Positions 57,444 to 64,000 of a DNA stretch of 64,000 nt are shown here, in pieces; the stretch's first letter is position 1, and each line of letters starts with the position of its first letter. The stretch is from a virus. A program made the position numbers and the translations under genes. Under the pieces are notes generated by a model, which did not search any database, was not told the origin of the DNA, and saw only the letters and a list, made by a program, of their open reading frames with translations. The stretch covers positions 3,417-67,416 of the IMG/VR virus record IMGVR_UViG_3300032217_000462, one strand, 5' to 3'.

Positions 57444-58619
57444 TTATTGCTGATTATCTGTGGGCCTACCACCTTTCGACGGATCAGCAGCCGAACCCGC
57501 AATGTTGGCGGGTATTCTTATTTCGTCATGTCCATCAATTGGCTCATAACGTAATTCTTTTCTTGCTTCATTAGCTGTAATGATGCCTGCATTGACTAGT
57601 GTCGAATGATAAGCAGCAATATCTTTTAATTCTGGTTGTAGTGCTGACACAGAAGCAGTAATTGCTTCAATATCATATCCAAAGTATCGTTCTAGGCTTG
57701 ATGTAAACTTACGAACAACTGGCATAACTGTTTCTAAATAGAATAAGCGTAAATTAGGTGAAATATTTGCGTTATTTCCACCGGCCAACAAAATAGGTGG
57801 AATACCTATACATTGCATAATTAATTCGTTGTGAGTTTTAATCGATTGATCAAAATCCATGTCTTTGAAGTTTTGATTTGATACTTGTGCAGGCTTTAAT
57901 CCACTATCCAAAATTACTGGACGCTTTCCGCCTTGTTTAGTTGAATATTTTTGTAACCAGTATTGAATTGTTTTTTCTTTTGCAACTTGTGAAAGTGTGT
58001 TTTCTGAAGTTAAAACTAAACCAAACACAGCTCCATTGTCAAAGAAGTTCTCTTGAAAATCTTTCATTGCGTACAGCGTAGCAATGGAACGTTGGGCTGC
58101 TTCAAGGCGCGAAGCGCCGCGATATATACTTTGCGAGTTCAAATCACGGAAGAAAAAGACTTCCGACTCTTTAAATTCAACCATTCCGTTGTAGCGATAA
58201 CCACGGATAAATGTTTTGGTGTCTGTTAAAATTTCGACATTTTGTGCTGGCAGATGATACATAAATACACCATCAAAGTGTATGAATACGTTACCTTCTA
58301 GTATCAAATCTGTAAAAATAGCTTGACGAAATTCTTGTGATGATTGGTATGGGTTAGGGCGAAAGTTAAGTAGCGTGTTCAGCGACTTTTGACGAACTCC
58401 AGCAACAATACCATCATTAATTTTATCTTTTACGTCATAATCTAGTGAGCTAGCTGCTGTAACAAGCATACTAACTGAACGATTAACTGACTCTAACTTT
58501 TGAAACGCTTGCTTATAAGTTATCTTAGCTTGCGAACCAACCTGCGTACCTGCTTCTTGTGCAATACGCGCTTGTGCTGGATTAAGTTTTTCAACAATCC
58601 AATCTGTAAATCTTGACAT
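57444..58619 (-). CDS. Portal protein (HK97/T5 family)
   Basis: Motifs LLNFRPNPYQ, LILEGN, FFDNGA, GIPPILL and GIITANEAR. Confidence 0.95.
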   Translation of the reverse strand: MSRFTDWIVEKLNPAQARIAQEAGTQVGSQAKITYKQAFQKLESVNRSVSMLVTAASSLDYDVKDKINDGIVAGVRQKSLNTLLNFRPNPYQSSQEFRQAIFTDLILEGNVFIHFDGVFMYHLPAQNVEILTDTKTFIRGYRYNGMVEFKESEVFFFRDLNSQSIYRGASRLEAAQRSIATLYAMKDFQENFFDNGAVFGLVLTSENTLSQVAKEKTIQYWLQKYSTKQGGKRPVILDSGLKPAQVSNQNFKDMDFDQSIKTHNELIMQCIGIPPILLAGGNNANISPNLRLFYLETVMPVVRKFTSSLERYFGYDIEAITASVSALQPELKDIAAYHSTLVNAGIITANEARKELRYEPIDGHDEIRIPANIAGSAADPSKGGRPTDNQQ

Positions 58620-58628
58620 AGTTTTCCC

Positions 58629-59057
58629 TTAAGTGAACTCTGAGAAAAAACTACCAAAGCTCTTTTTGGGAATAACTGTTTCGCCAGAATGTTTAGCCCG
58701 CTGGCTTTCAATCCAGTGAGCTTGTTTGGGTTCGCTACCAGGCCTAGGAGCTTTACCATAAACACTATGCAGCGCTACATGATGCCGATTACAAAGGGTG
58801 TAAACTTGGTCATATAACTCCACACGATGCTCGTCGATAAACTCGTCTCGCACAGCAACAATGCCTTCATCCGTTGAAATATCATAACCTTTAGCTTCAG
58901 CCCATTTATCTAAGAGTATAGTAACTGAATGTAGGTGATGGAGTTCTAAATCCACAGTAGTACTGCAGATATGACACTCCGATTTCTTTTCATAGGCTGC
59001 TTTAGCCCTATCACGAACCCACTTTACAGGAATTCGCTTGTTTGTGTTTTTTGCCAT
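58629..59057 (-). CDS. HNH-like zinc-finger endonuclease in the T5 portal-terminase position
   Basis: CHIC...LELHH...TLCNRHH..LH motif. Likely start is ATG 59057, overlapping the Dps stop codon. Confidence 0.8.
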   Translation of the reverse strand: MAKNTNKRIPVKWVRDRAKAAYEKKSECHICSTTVDLELHHLHSVTILLDKWAEAKGYDISTDEGIVAVRDEFIDEHRVELYDQVYTLCNRHHVALHSVYGKAPRPGSEPKQAHWIESQRAKHSGETVIPKKSFGSFFSEFT

Positions 59058-59497
59058 TATTTTAGCGTTGAACGTAACATCCATGAATGCTTGCGATGAG
59101 CGTTTTGACGATCAGCCAAGAAATTTGCTAAGCCGTAATCACCCAAATCTTCAGCTGCAACGTACGCAGCGCGAAACATCTCACACATTAGATCTGAATC
59201 TGCTAAAAGTTCTTGGGTCATTTGCATGCCGTTGGGTACTTCTAGTTGACACTCAACTTGTGAAATATCATCAAGTGTTTCAAAAGCAGCAGGTGCGTAA
59301 ATACGCAGTGCACGTAGCTCTTCAGCAAATGTATCAATCGAACCATATACTTCAGCATAAATGTTACCAAACAGTTCATGATACTGTGGGAACAAACTGC
59401 CTTCAACATTCCAGTGAAAATTGGCGGCTTTCAAAAAGAAGCTAAACTCACTGGCAAACGCCGATTTAAGCATTGCTTCATATTCTGTTTTATCCAT
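59057..59497 (-). CDS. dps: Dps / mini-ferritin (DNA starvation protection protein)
   Basis: HWNVEG..F.QYHELF...Y......D.FAE ferroxidase signature and a K..WML C-terminus; GGAG RBS before ATG 59497. Confidence 0.93.
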   Translation of the reverse strand: MDKTEYEAMLKSAFASEFSFFLKAANFHWNVEGSLFPQYHELFGNIYAEVYGSIDTFAEELRALRIYAPAAFETLDDISQVECQLEVPNGMQMTQELLADSDLMCEMFRAAYVAAEDLGDYGLANFLADRQNAHRKHSWMLRSTLK

Positions 59498-59539
59498 TTT
59501 TATCTCCAAGTGGGACAAAATGCACCACAATTACCTAGT

Positions 59540-59568
59540 ATTATAGCAGAACAGCAACAAAAAGTCAA
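59540..59568 (-). promoter_or_regulatory. Sigma70 promoter heading the dps-HNH-portal-capsid operon
   Basis: Minus strand reads TTGACT, 17-bp spacer, TATAAT, with an extended -10 TG. Confidence 0.85.
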
Positions 59569-59588
59569 TGTTAAAATTTTTTGTGGCA

Positions 59589-60875
59589 TTAAACAGTATA
59601 GGTGTACAGCGCATACCGGACGGCATCAGCCATGTGACTATATTGGTCATGCAATGGGCGTTCACGTTGGAGCCCCTCACGTTGATCCCAGCGATACTGG
59701 TCAAACATAGATCGTACATTCGTACAATGCGGGGCAACCTTTAGTCGACCTTGTTGTAACAAAGTCTGCACATACGCAATGCCGGGTAAGACATCTTTTT
59801 TGGCTTTGGTGGTTGAAATGTTGTATAAGTAGGCAAGGTCACTAGCAAACTGTGCAGCCGCACTATCAATAAAAGTTACTTCAACACCATGCTTTTGATT
59901 CATTTCAGTAAATGCAGCTGCATGCTGCTCAGTGGTTTGCTCGGACTTTAAGTATTCGTCGACAATAAAAAAGCAATCGCGGTTCCAATCGTATACGATA
60001 GCACAATAAGCAGTAGCATCTCGGTAGCCAGGGTCGCACCCAGCAAACGCCTCACCTTTGAGGTCTTCAGGAATTTCACAAATATCATCTTCTTTTAATG
60101 CATAAATCTGACCCTCAAACACAGTAAATGAGGCCAGGTATTCTTGTTCAAATTCGGCTTTTGACATAGAACGTCGCGCTTCGGCAACATCCGATTCAGC
60201 CATTCGAGTATTTTCGGTGTAATCAGCTTGTAAGCTAATCCACTCGGGGAAATTGTCATCAAATCCACGATTATAAAATTGACTAAACCAGTTGTTACGA
60301 CCACGTGGGGTTGAAATAAAAATGGCTTTGGCTTGTGGCTTGTCCAGTGTAGGTCGTAGGGCAACATTAAAGGCAGCTTCGCCGCCTTCACCTAGTGCAG
60401 CTTCGTCAAATATGATTAAGTCATACGATCGACCAACAGTACTATCAACGGTACCAAGAGAACCCATACGAATGGTAGAACCGTTGCTGAGTTCGATAAT
60501 TTTGTCTTGGAGATTGTCGCGAGCCACTTCGAGGTCGAAGTGTTTGATGAGTTTGCGTTGGAGTTCAAATGATATGGAACTAAGGTTATAGTTAGGGGAA
60601 ATGATTAAAACATTGCTGCCAGGAACAAGTGTTACTAATTGACCAATAATATTGGCTATGTAAGTTTTGCCTAGACGTCGTGCTAGTGCAGCACAGATAA
60701 ATCTGTATTTAGGATCGTTGACTGCGTTTATGAGTGCAACCTGTGGGCGATTGATTGTATCCCAGACATTGAGTAGCTTGAGATAATTTGTGATAGGTAG
60801 CTTAATAAATCGCTGTTGAGGGTCGAACTCTTGTACAGCATCTACGTTAACTTCGGGTCGTGAGACTACAAGCAT
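59589..60875 (-). CDS. terL: Terminase large subunit
   Basis: Walker A ARRLGKT, Walker B IIFDEAA, ISTPRG, and nuclease motifs GCDPG and HMADAVRY. Confidence 0.96.
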   Translation of the reverse strand: MLVVSRPEVNVDAVQEFDPQQRFIKLPITNYLKLLNVWDTINRPQVALINAVNDPKYRFICAALARRLGKTYIANIIGQLVTLVPGSNVLIISPNYNLSSISFELQRKLIKHFDLEVARDNLQDKIIELSNGSTIRMGSLGTVDSTVGRSYDLIIFDEAALGEGGEAAFNVALRPTLDKPQAKAIFISTPRGRNNWFSQFYNRGFDDNFPEWISLQADYTENTRMAESDVAEARRSMSKAEFEQEYLASFTVFEGQIYALKEDDICEIPEDLKGEAFAGCDPGYRDATAYCAIVYDWNRDCFFIVDEYLKSEQTTEQHAAAFTEMNQKHGVEVTFIDSAAAQFASDLAYLYNISTTKAKKDVLPGIAYVQTLLQQGRLKVAPHCTNVRSMFDQYRWDQREGLQRERPLHDQYSHMADAVRYALYTYTV

Positions 60876-60876
60876 T

Positions 60877-61590
60877 TTAATTCCAATATTTGCTGGAATC
60901 TAGTTTGTCCCAGTGAGTTTTATTGTTTCTGTTCCAGAAATTTTTGATTAAGTATTTGGTCATACCAAAATAACCCATCTTCTTAAATCGGCGTGAATCC
61001 TGTCCAAAGTAGTGATTTAATAATCTAAACTTTTTGGTACTGTACTTGCGAGATAAAAAGTAATCTTCGCTGGTTGCATACTGTTCTGGAAATCCGCCAT
61101 ACTCTTCAAACCTGTCACGGCGCGTTAACATAAATGCACCGACTGCAAATGGACTAAAGTATTTTAGTATGTTGTTTACTGCGTTAAAGATTGTGAAACC
61201 AATTTGTGCTCGTACATCACCGTCATAGCACCGGGCATTTAATCCAACAAGATCTAGGTCTTTGGCTTCTAATACGTCGACTGCATCCTGAATAACTGTG
61301 TTTGAAAAGAATCGTACATCACTATCAATAAATAGTATATAAGGAGTTTTTACTAGTCGCGCACCACGGTTTTTTGCTACTGAAACGGGCCCACCCTCAA
61401 TTACTTTGACGTTTAATCCACGACTATTATCACGGATAACTTGTCTGGTTGAATCCGTACTGCAATCGGCAATAATAATCTTAGTAGCACCAATTTGTTG
61501 ATCTCGTAACGCTTGTAACAAATGTTGAATATAGTTTTCTTCGTTTTTACAAGGTACTACAATGGTAATTTTACTGCTGAGTGAGCTCAT
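60877..61590 (-). CDS. GT2 family glycosyltransferase
   Basis: Motifs IVVPCKNEE, IIADCSTD, AKNRGA, LFIDSD (DXD), GGF and SED. Confidence 0.92.
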   Translation of the reverse strand: MSSLSSKITIVVPCKNEENYIQHLLQALRDQQIGATKIIIADCSTDSTRQVIRDNSRGLNVKVIEGGPVSVAKNRGARLVKTPYILFIDSDVRFFSNTVIQDAVDVLEAKDLDLVGLNARCYDGDVRAQIGFTIFNAVNNILKYFSPFAVGAFMLTRRDRFEEYGGFPEQYATSEDYFLSRKYSTKKFRLLNHYFGQDSRRFKKMGYFGMTKYLIKNFWNRNNKTHWDKLDSSKYWN

Positions 61591-62332
61591 TGTTTTTTGT
61601 CCATGTTATTATCTCCCAACGACCATCTAAGTGTTCTACAAGTGCTGTGCATGACTCAACCCAGTCACCATCGTTCATGTATGTTACACCATCCACAATT
61701 TTAATTTCTGCATGATGTATATGTCCACATATCACACCATCAAAACCACGTTTTTTGCAGTAGGCTACTAAATTTTGCTCAAATTTAAACACAAAGTCAA
61801 CAGCCGATTTAACGCGAGATTTTAAATACTGGGATAAGCTCCAGTATCCAAAACCCATTTTATGCCGCAGCCAATTAAACCTGGTGTTTAAGCCAAGTAC
61901 AAAATCATAGGCTTTGTCGCCTAGGAAGCTTAGCCAAGGCGCTAGGCTAGTAATTCCATCAAATAAATCGCCGTGTGTTACTAGGTAACGGTGACCATCA
62001 ACGCCTGTGTGAGTAGCTTGATTGGCAATTTCAATATTTCCAAATCCAATGTCATAAGGCATTAGTGGGCGTAAAAATTCATCGTGATTGCCTGCTATGT
62101 ATATGACTCTGGTACCACGTTTGGCATACGTTAGTACACGACGCACTACATTAGTATGCGACTGCTGCCAACGCCAGCGGTTTTGCTGAATCTTCCATAT
62201 ATCTAATATATCGCCTACTAAGTATAGAGTTTCGCAAGTATTTGATTTTAAGAAGTCGCACAACTTTTCAGCTTGTGAATCACGCGTGCCCAAGTGTACA
62301 TCTGAGATAAAGATTGCGCGATAATGTGCCAT
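61571..62332 (-). CDS. plcP: PlcP-like phospholipase C / LpxH2-type metallophosphoesterase
   Basis: Motifs FISDVHLG, LYLVGDILD, GNHDE, HGDLFD, YWSLSQYLK, ICGHIH and NDGDWVESCTALVE. GNHD is typical of PlcP/LpxH2, whereas E. coli LpxH has GNRD. Confidence 0.82.
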   Translation of the reverse strand: MAHYRAIFISDVHLGTRDSQAEKLCDFLKSNTCETLYLVGDILDIWKIQQNRWRWQQSHTNVVRRVLTYAKRGTRVIYIAGNHDEFLRPLMPYDIGFGNIEIANQATHTGVDGHRYLVTHGDLFDGITSLAPWLSFLGDKAYDFVLGLNTRFNWLRHKMGFGYWSLSQYLKSRVKSAVDFVFKFEQNLVAYCKKRGFDGVICGHIHHAEIKIVDGVTYMNDGDWVESCTALVEHLDGRWEIITWTKNNELTQQ

Positions 62333-62805
62333 TACACACCTTCGCCTGTAATCAAACGTTGCACTAGCTGCGAATACTTTGATCCGTCTAGACCTTCGTT
62401 GATTTGTACGTTTACCTGCTTTTGCGGTGCAGTGGTCATGCGTGCTTTTTCTAGTGCGATTTCACGGTCTAGTAAATCCATTGACATTTTGTGTGACATT
62501 TGGAGTAGCTCCGCAATATCTTTGGTAGACCCAGTTTGTGATTCTTCAAGTTCACTAAACTTTTGTTTGATTAACGCATCCATGGCACGTCGCATCAAGA
62601 ATCTATTGTTGTAGCCACTATCAAAGAAAACTGAGTCAATATAAGTTTTGACCTCACGGCGCGCTAGCAGGTTGGTTACCACTTCAGGGTCTAGATCTAG
62701 TTCTTGGGCTACTGCACGGGCGTCATTAAGCTGGAGGTAAGCATTTGCTACTTCCAGTGCTTCCGGAGAGATACGTACGGTTTCGGCAGGTAGGTGAGTT
62801 GTCAT
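62332..62805 (-). CDS. terS: Terminase small subunit (T5-like)
   Basis: ISPEALEVANAYL...VF.D.GYNNR...K..ELEES..GS.KDI..LL pattern; AAAGGA RBS before ATG 62805. Confidence 0.85.
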   Translation of the reverse strand: MTTHLPAETVRISPEALEVANAYLQLNDARAVAQELDLDPEVVTNLLARREVKTYIDSVFFDSGYNNRFLMRRAMDALIKQKFSELEESQTGSTKDIAELLQMSHKMSMDLLDREIALEKARMTTAPQKQVNVQINEGLDGSKYSQLVQRLITGEGV

Positions 62806-62825
62806 GGTATTATCCTTTAGGGTCA

Positions 62826-62854
62826 ATTATAACAGTTTAGGGCAATTTAAGCAA
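62826..62854 (-). promoter_or_regulatory. Sigma70 promoter for terS-plcP-GT2-terL
   Basis: Minus strand reads TTGCTT, 17-bp spacer, TATAAT, with an extended -10 TG. TTGCTT is a known T5 -35 variant. Confidence 0.8.
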
Positions 62855-62998
62855 GTGTGGATTTTGGCACCCAAGGCAGTTTGGAAATTTTCCTTAGATA
62901 GGCCGTGTGGGAGGGCCCTTAGGCGTATAGGGTTTTATAGTCTAATAACCGCCCCTAGTCAATAGGGGTAAACACCTAGTAAATAATTTATTTATCTA

Positions 62999-63026
62999 TT
63001 GACAAAAAATCTCAACTATCTATAAT
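62999..63026 (+). promoter_or_regulatory. Sigma70 promoter
   Basis: TTGACA, 16-bp spacer, TATAAT, preceded by an AT-rich UP-like tract. Confidence 0.8.
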
Positions 63027-63054
63027 TGAAAACATGATGACAAGGGAAACCAAC

Positions 63055-63150
63055 ATGAAATTGATAACAGAAATTTTGCAAGCAATTTTGTTTGTTGCAA
63101 TAACCTTTTCACCATTATGGGTATGGCTTGCAATGATGAAGCCTTTGTGA
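63055..63150 (+). CDS. Small membrane peptide (31 aa), absent from the ORF track
   Basis: Translates to MKLITEILQAILFVAITFSPLWVWLAMMKPL, with an AAGGGA RBS and its own promoter. Confidence 0.6.
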   Translation: MKLITEILQAILFVAITFSPLWVWLAMMKPL

Positions 63151-63156
63151 TATAAT
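63128..63156 (+). promoter_or_regulatory. Sigma70 promoter
   Basis: TTGCAA, 17-bp spacer, TATAAT, with an extended -10 TG. Confidence 0.78.
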
Positions 63157-63176
63157 TTAATTTTAAGGAAATGAAA

Positions 63177-63497
63177 ATGAAAACAGTTAACTACACCCCA
63201 GAGCAAACTGCTCGCATGGTTGCCGACTATCAAGCTGGCATGACAGTTGAAACAATTGCCGAGACATTCGGCAAAACTGTTCGTTCTGTTGTTGCAAAAT
63301 TGAGCCGTGAAAAGGTTTATGTTGCTAAAGCATACAAAACGAAATCAGGCGAGACACCGATTAAAAAAGATGTTCACGCTGATTTTATCGGTGAAATGTT
63401 GAGCTTGACTGAAGCCGATACCGAAAGCCTGACTAAGGCTAACAAAACTGCATTGGCTAAGATTGCCGATTTTATCAAGGCTGAAAAGACCTTGTAA
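63177..63497 (+). CDS. Small HTH DNA-binding protein, possibly T5 A2-like (pre-early)
   Basis: NYT.E.T..MV..Y...VETIAETFGKTVRSVVAKLSREKVY helix-turn-helix and an ESL.KA.K..L tail reminiscent of A2; TAAGGA RBS. Confidence 0.55.
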   Translation: MKTVNYTPEQTARMVADYQAGMTVETIAETFGKTVRSVVAKLSREKVYVAKAYKTKSGETPIKKDVHADFIGEMLSLTEADTESLTKANKTALAKIADFIKAEKTL

Positions 63498-63500
63498 TCA

Positions 63501-63539
63501 ATAGGGGCTTTGCCCCTATCTTGTTTTATCTGATATAAT
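63501..63539 (+). promoter_or_regulatory. Hairpin terminator overlapping a downstream promoter
   Basis: ATAGGGGC-TTT-GCCCCTAT is followed by a T-rich tract. TTGCCC, an 18-bp spacer and TATAAT (extended -10 TG) overlap it. Confidence 0.6.
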
Positions 63540-63545
63540 AAACGT

Positions 63546-63707
63546 ATGAAAAATTTTGAAATTGTTGAAAGCTACTTAGCTAAAAAATACCCCCATAGAC
63601 TCTACTCTATCCGTGAGGGTAATGATTGCGTTTGGGTTTCTATGGGTTTGGTTGAAATGTACTTTATTGTACGCAATGGTATGATTATAGATATTCAGGT
63701 TGACTAA
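63546..63707 (+). CDS. Small hypothetical protein (53 aa), absent from the ORF track
   Basis: MKNFEIVESYLAKKYP...IIDIQVD; its stop overlaps the next ATG (TAATG). Confidence 0.65.
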   Translation: MKNFEIVESYLAKKYPHRLYSIREGNDCVWVSMGLVEMYFIVRNGMIIDIQVD

Positions 63708-64000
63708 TGATTAGATCAGATAAAACAAGATTGTTCCAGCTTATGCTTCAAGATGAATTCAAATTGAAGCATAGGGTTAACTTTGCAAAATGTAAGGTTT
63801 TGCGCTTTGATGGTGATTTGTGCATGGGAATGTATGAGGGCGAAAAGGTAGGTAAAAAATGCCACCATAAAATTAGATTTGCTACATCAGAAATAAAATC
63901 AGATCGTGATTTGTTTTCTACCTTAGCGCATGAGTATGTTCACGCTTGGCAAATGGAAAATGATCTAGATATAACGCATGATACAAAATCAGGTTTCACC
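63707..64000 (+). CDS. Zincin-type (SprT-like) metalloprotease, 3'-truncated by the window edge
   Basis: The frame from ATG 63707 contains TLAHEYVHAWQ (HEXXH) and a downstream His, and runs off the window. Confidence 0.65.
   Translation, partial: MIRSDKTRLFQLMLQDEFKLKHRVNFAKCKVLRFDGDLCMGMYEGEKVGKKCHHKIRFATSEIKSDRDLFSTLAHEYVHAWQMENDLDITHDTKSGFT

Larger units (their letters stand above)
1..64000. mobile_element. Segment of a T5-like (Demerecviridae-like) siphophage genome
   Basis: D13-D14-D15-dut on the + strand converges on a minus-strand tail/head/terminase block, as in T5. No integrase or host housekeeping genes are present. Confidence 0.93.

Noticed and set aside
2522-60875. Inteins or introns in the RNR, terminase, portal or capsid genes
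   Set aside because: The ORFs are uninterrupted, of ordinary length, and show no splicing or LAGLIDADG motifs.
61571-62332. Canonical lipid A biosynthesis enzyme LpxH
   Set aside because: The protein has GNHD rather than GNRD, PlcP-type C-terminal motifs and an adjacent glycosyltransferase. LpxH activity is disfavoured but not excluded.
63012-63233. 73-aa minus-strand ORF
   Set aside because: It overlaps two + strand promoters and two + strand genes that have clear RBSs.
1-64000. Stop-codon recoding, tRNA genes or an integrase
   Set aside because: Genes tile densely under the standard code with TAA, TGA and TAG stops. The intergenic gaps are short and show no cloverleaf, and no recombinase is present.

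Overview
This window is a 64-kb segment of an AT-rich lytic siphophage with T5-like (Demerecviridae-like) architecture. A two-component spanin indicates a Gram-negative host. The left end (+ strand, 1-4659) is the end of the replication block: SbcC-like D13, D14 resolvase, D15 flap endonuclease, dUTPase and a class II ribonucleotide reductase. A bidirectional terminator follows. The minus strand then carries a ~58-kb block: phoH, an enlarged lysis/envelope cluster (GH19 endolysin, spanins, many small membrane proteins) and a GT2-TPR glycosyltransferase. Next come a ~24-kb array of side-fibre genes including a 2026-aa collagen-like protein, a lambda-like tail tip with K-I-J fused in one ORF, the tape measure gene, a frameshifted tail chaperone pair and T5-like tube/neck genes. 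The head and packaging genes are a protease-capsid fusion with an internal ribosome-binding site, portal, HNH protein and both terminase subunits. The right end (+ strand) looks like the start of a T5-like pre-early region. The most striking observation is a PlcP-like phospholipase C (LpxH2-type, GNHD motif) plus a GT2 glycosyltransferase, wedged between terS and terL with overlapping start/stop codons, and a Dps gene heading the capsid operon. Together with phoH these suggest a phage-encoded lipid-remodelling/phosphorus-scavenging and iron-handling kit. All family calls come from recognising motifs by eye; no searches were run.
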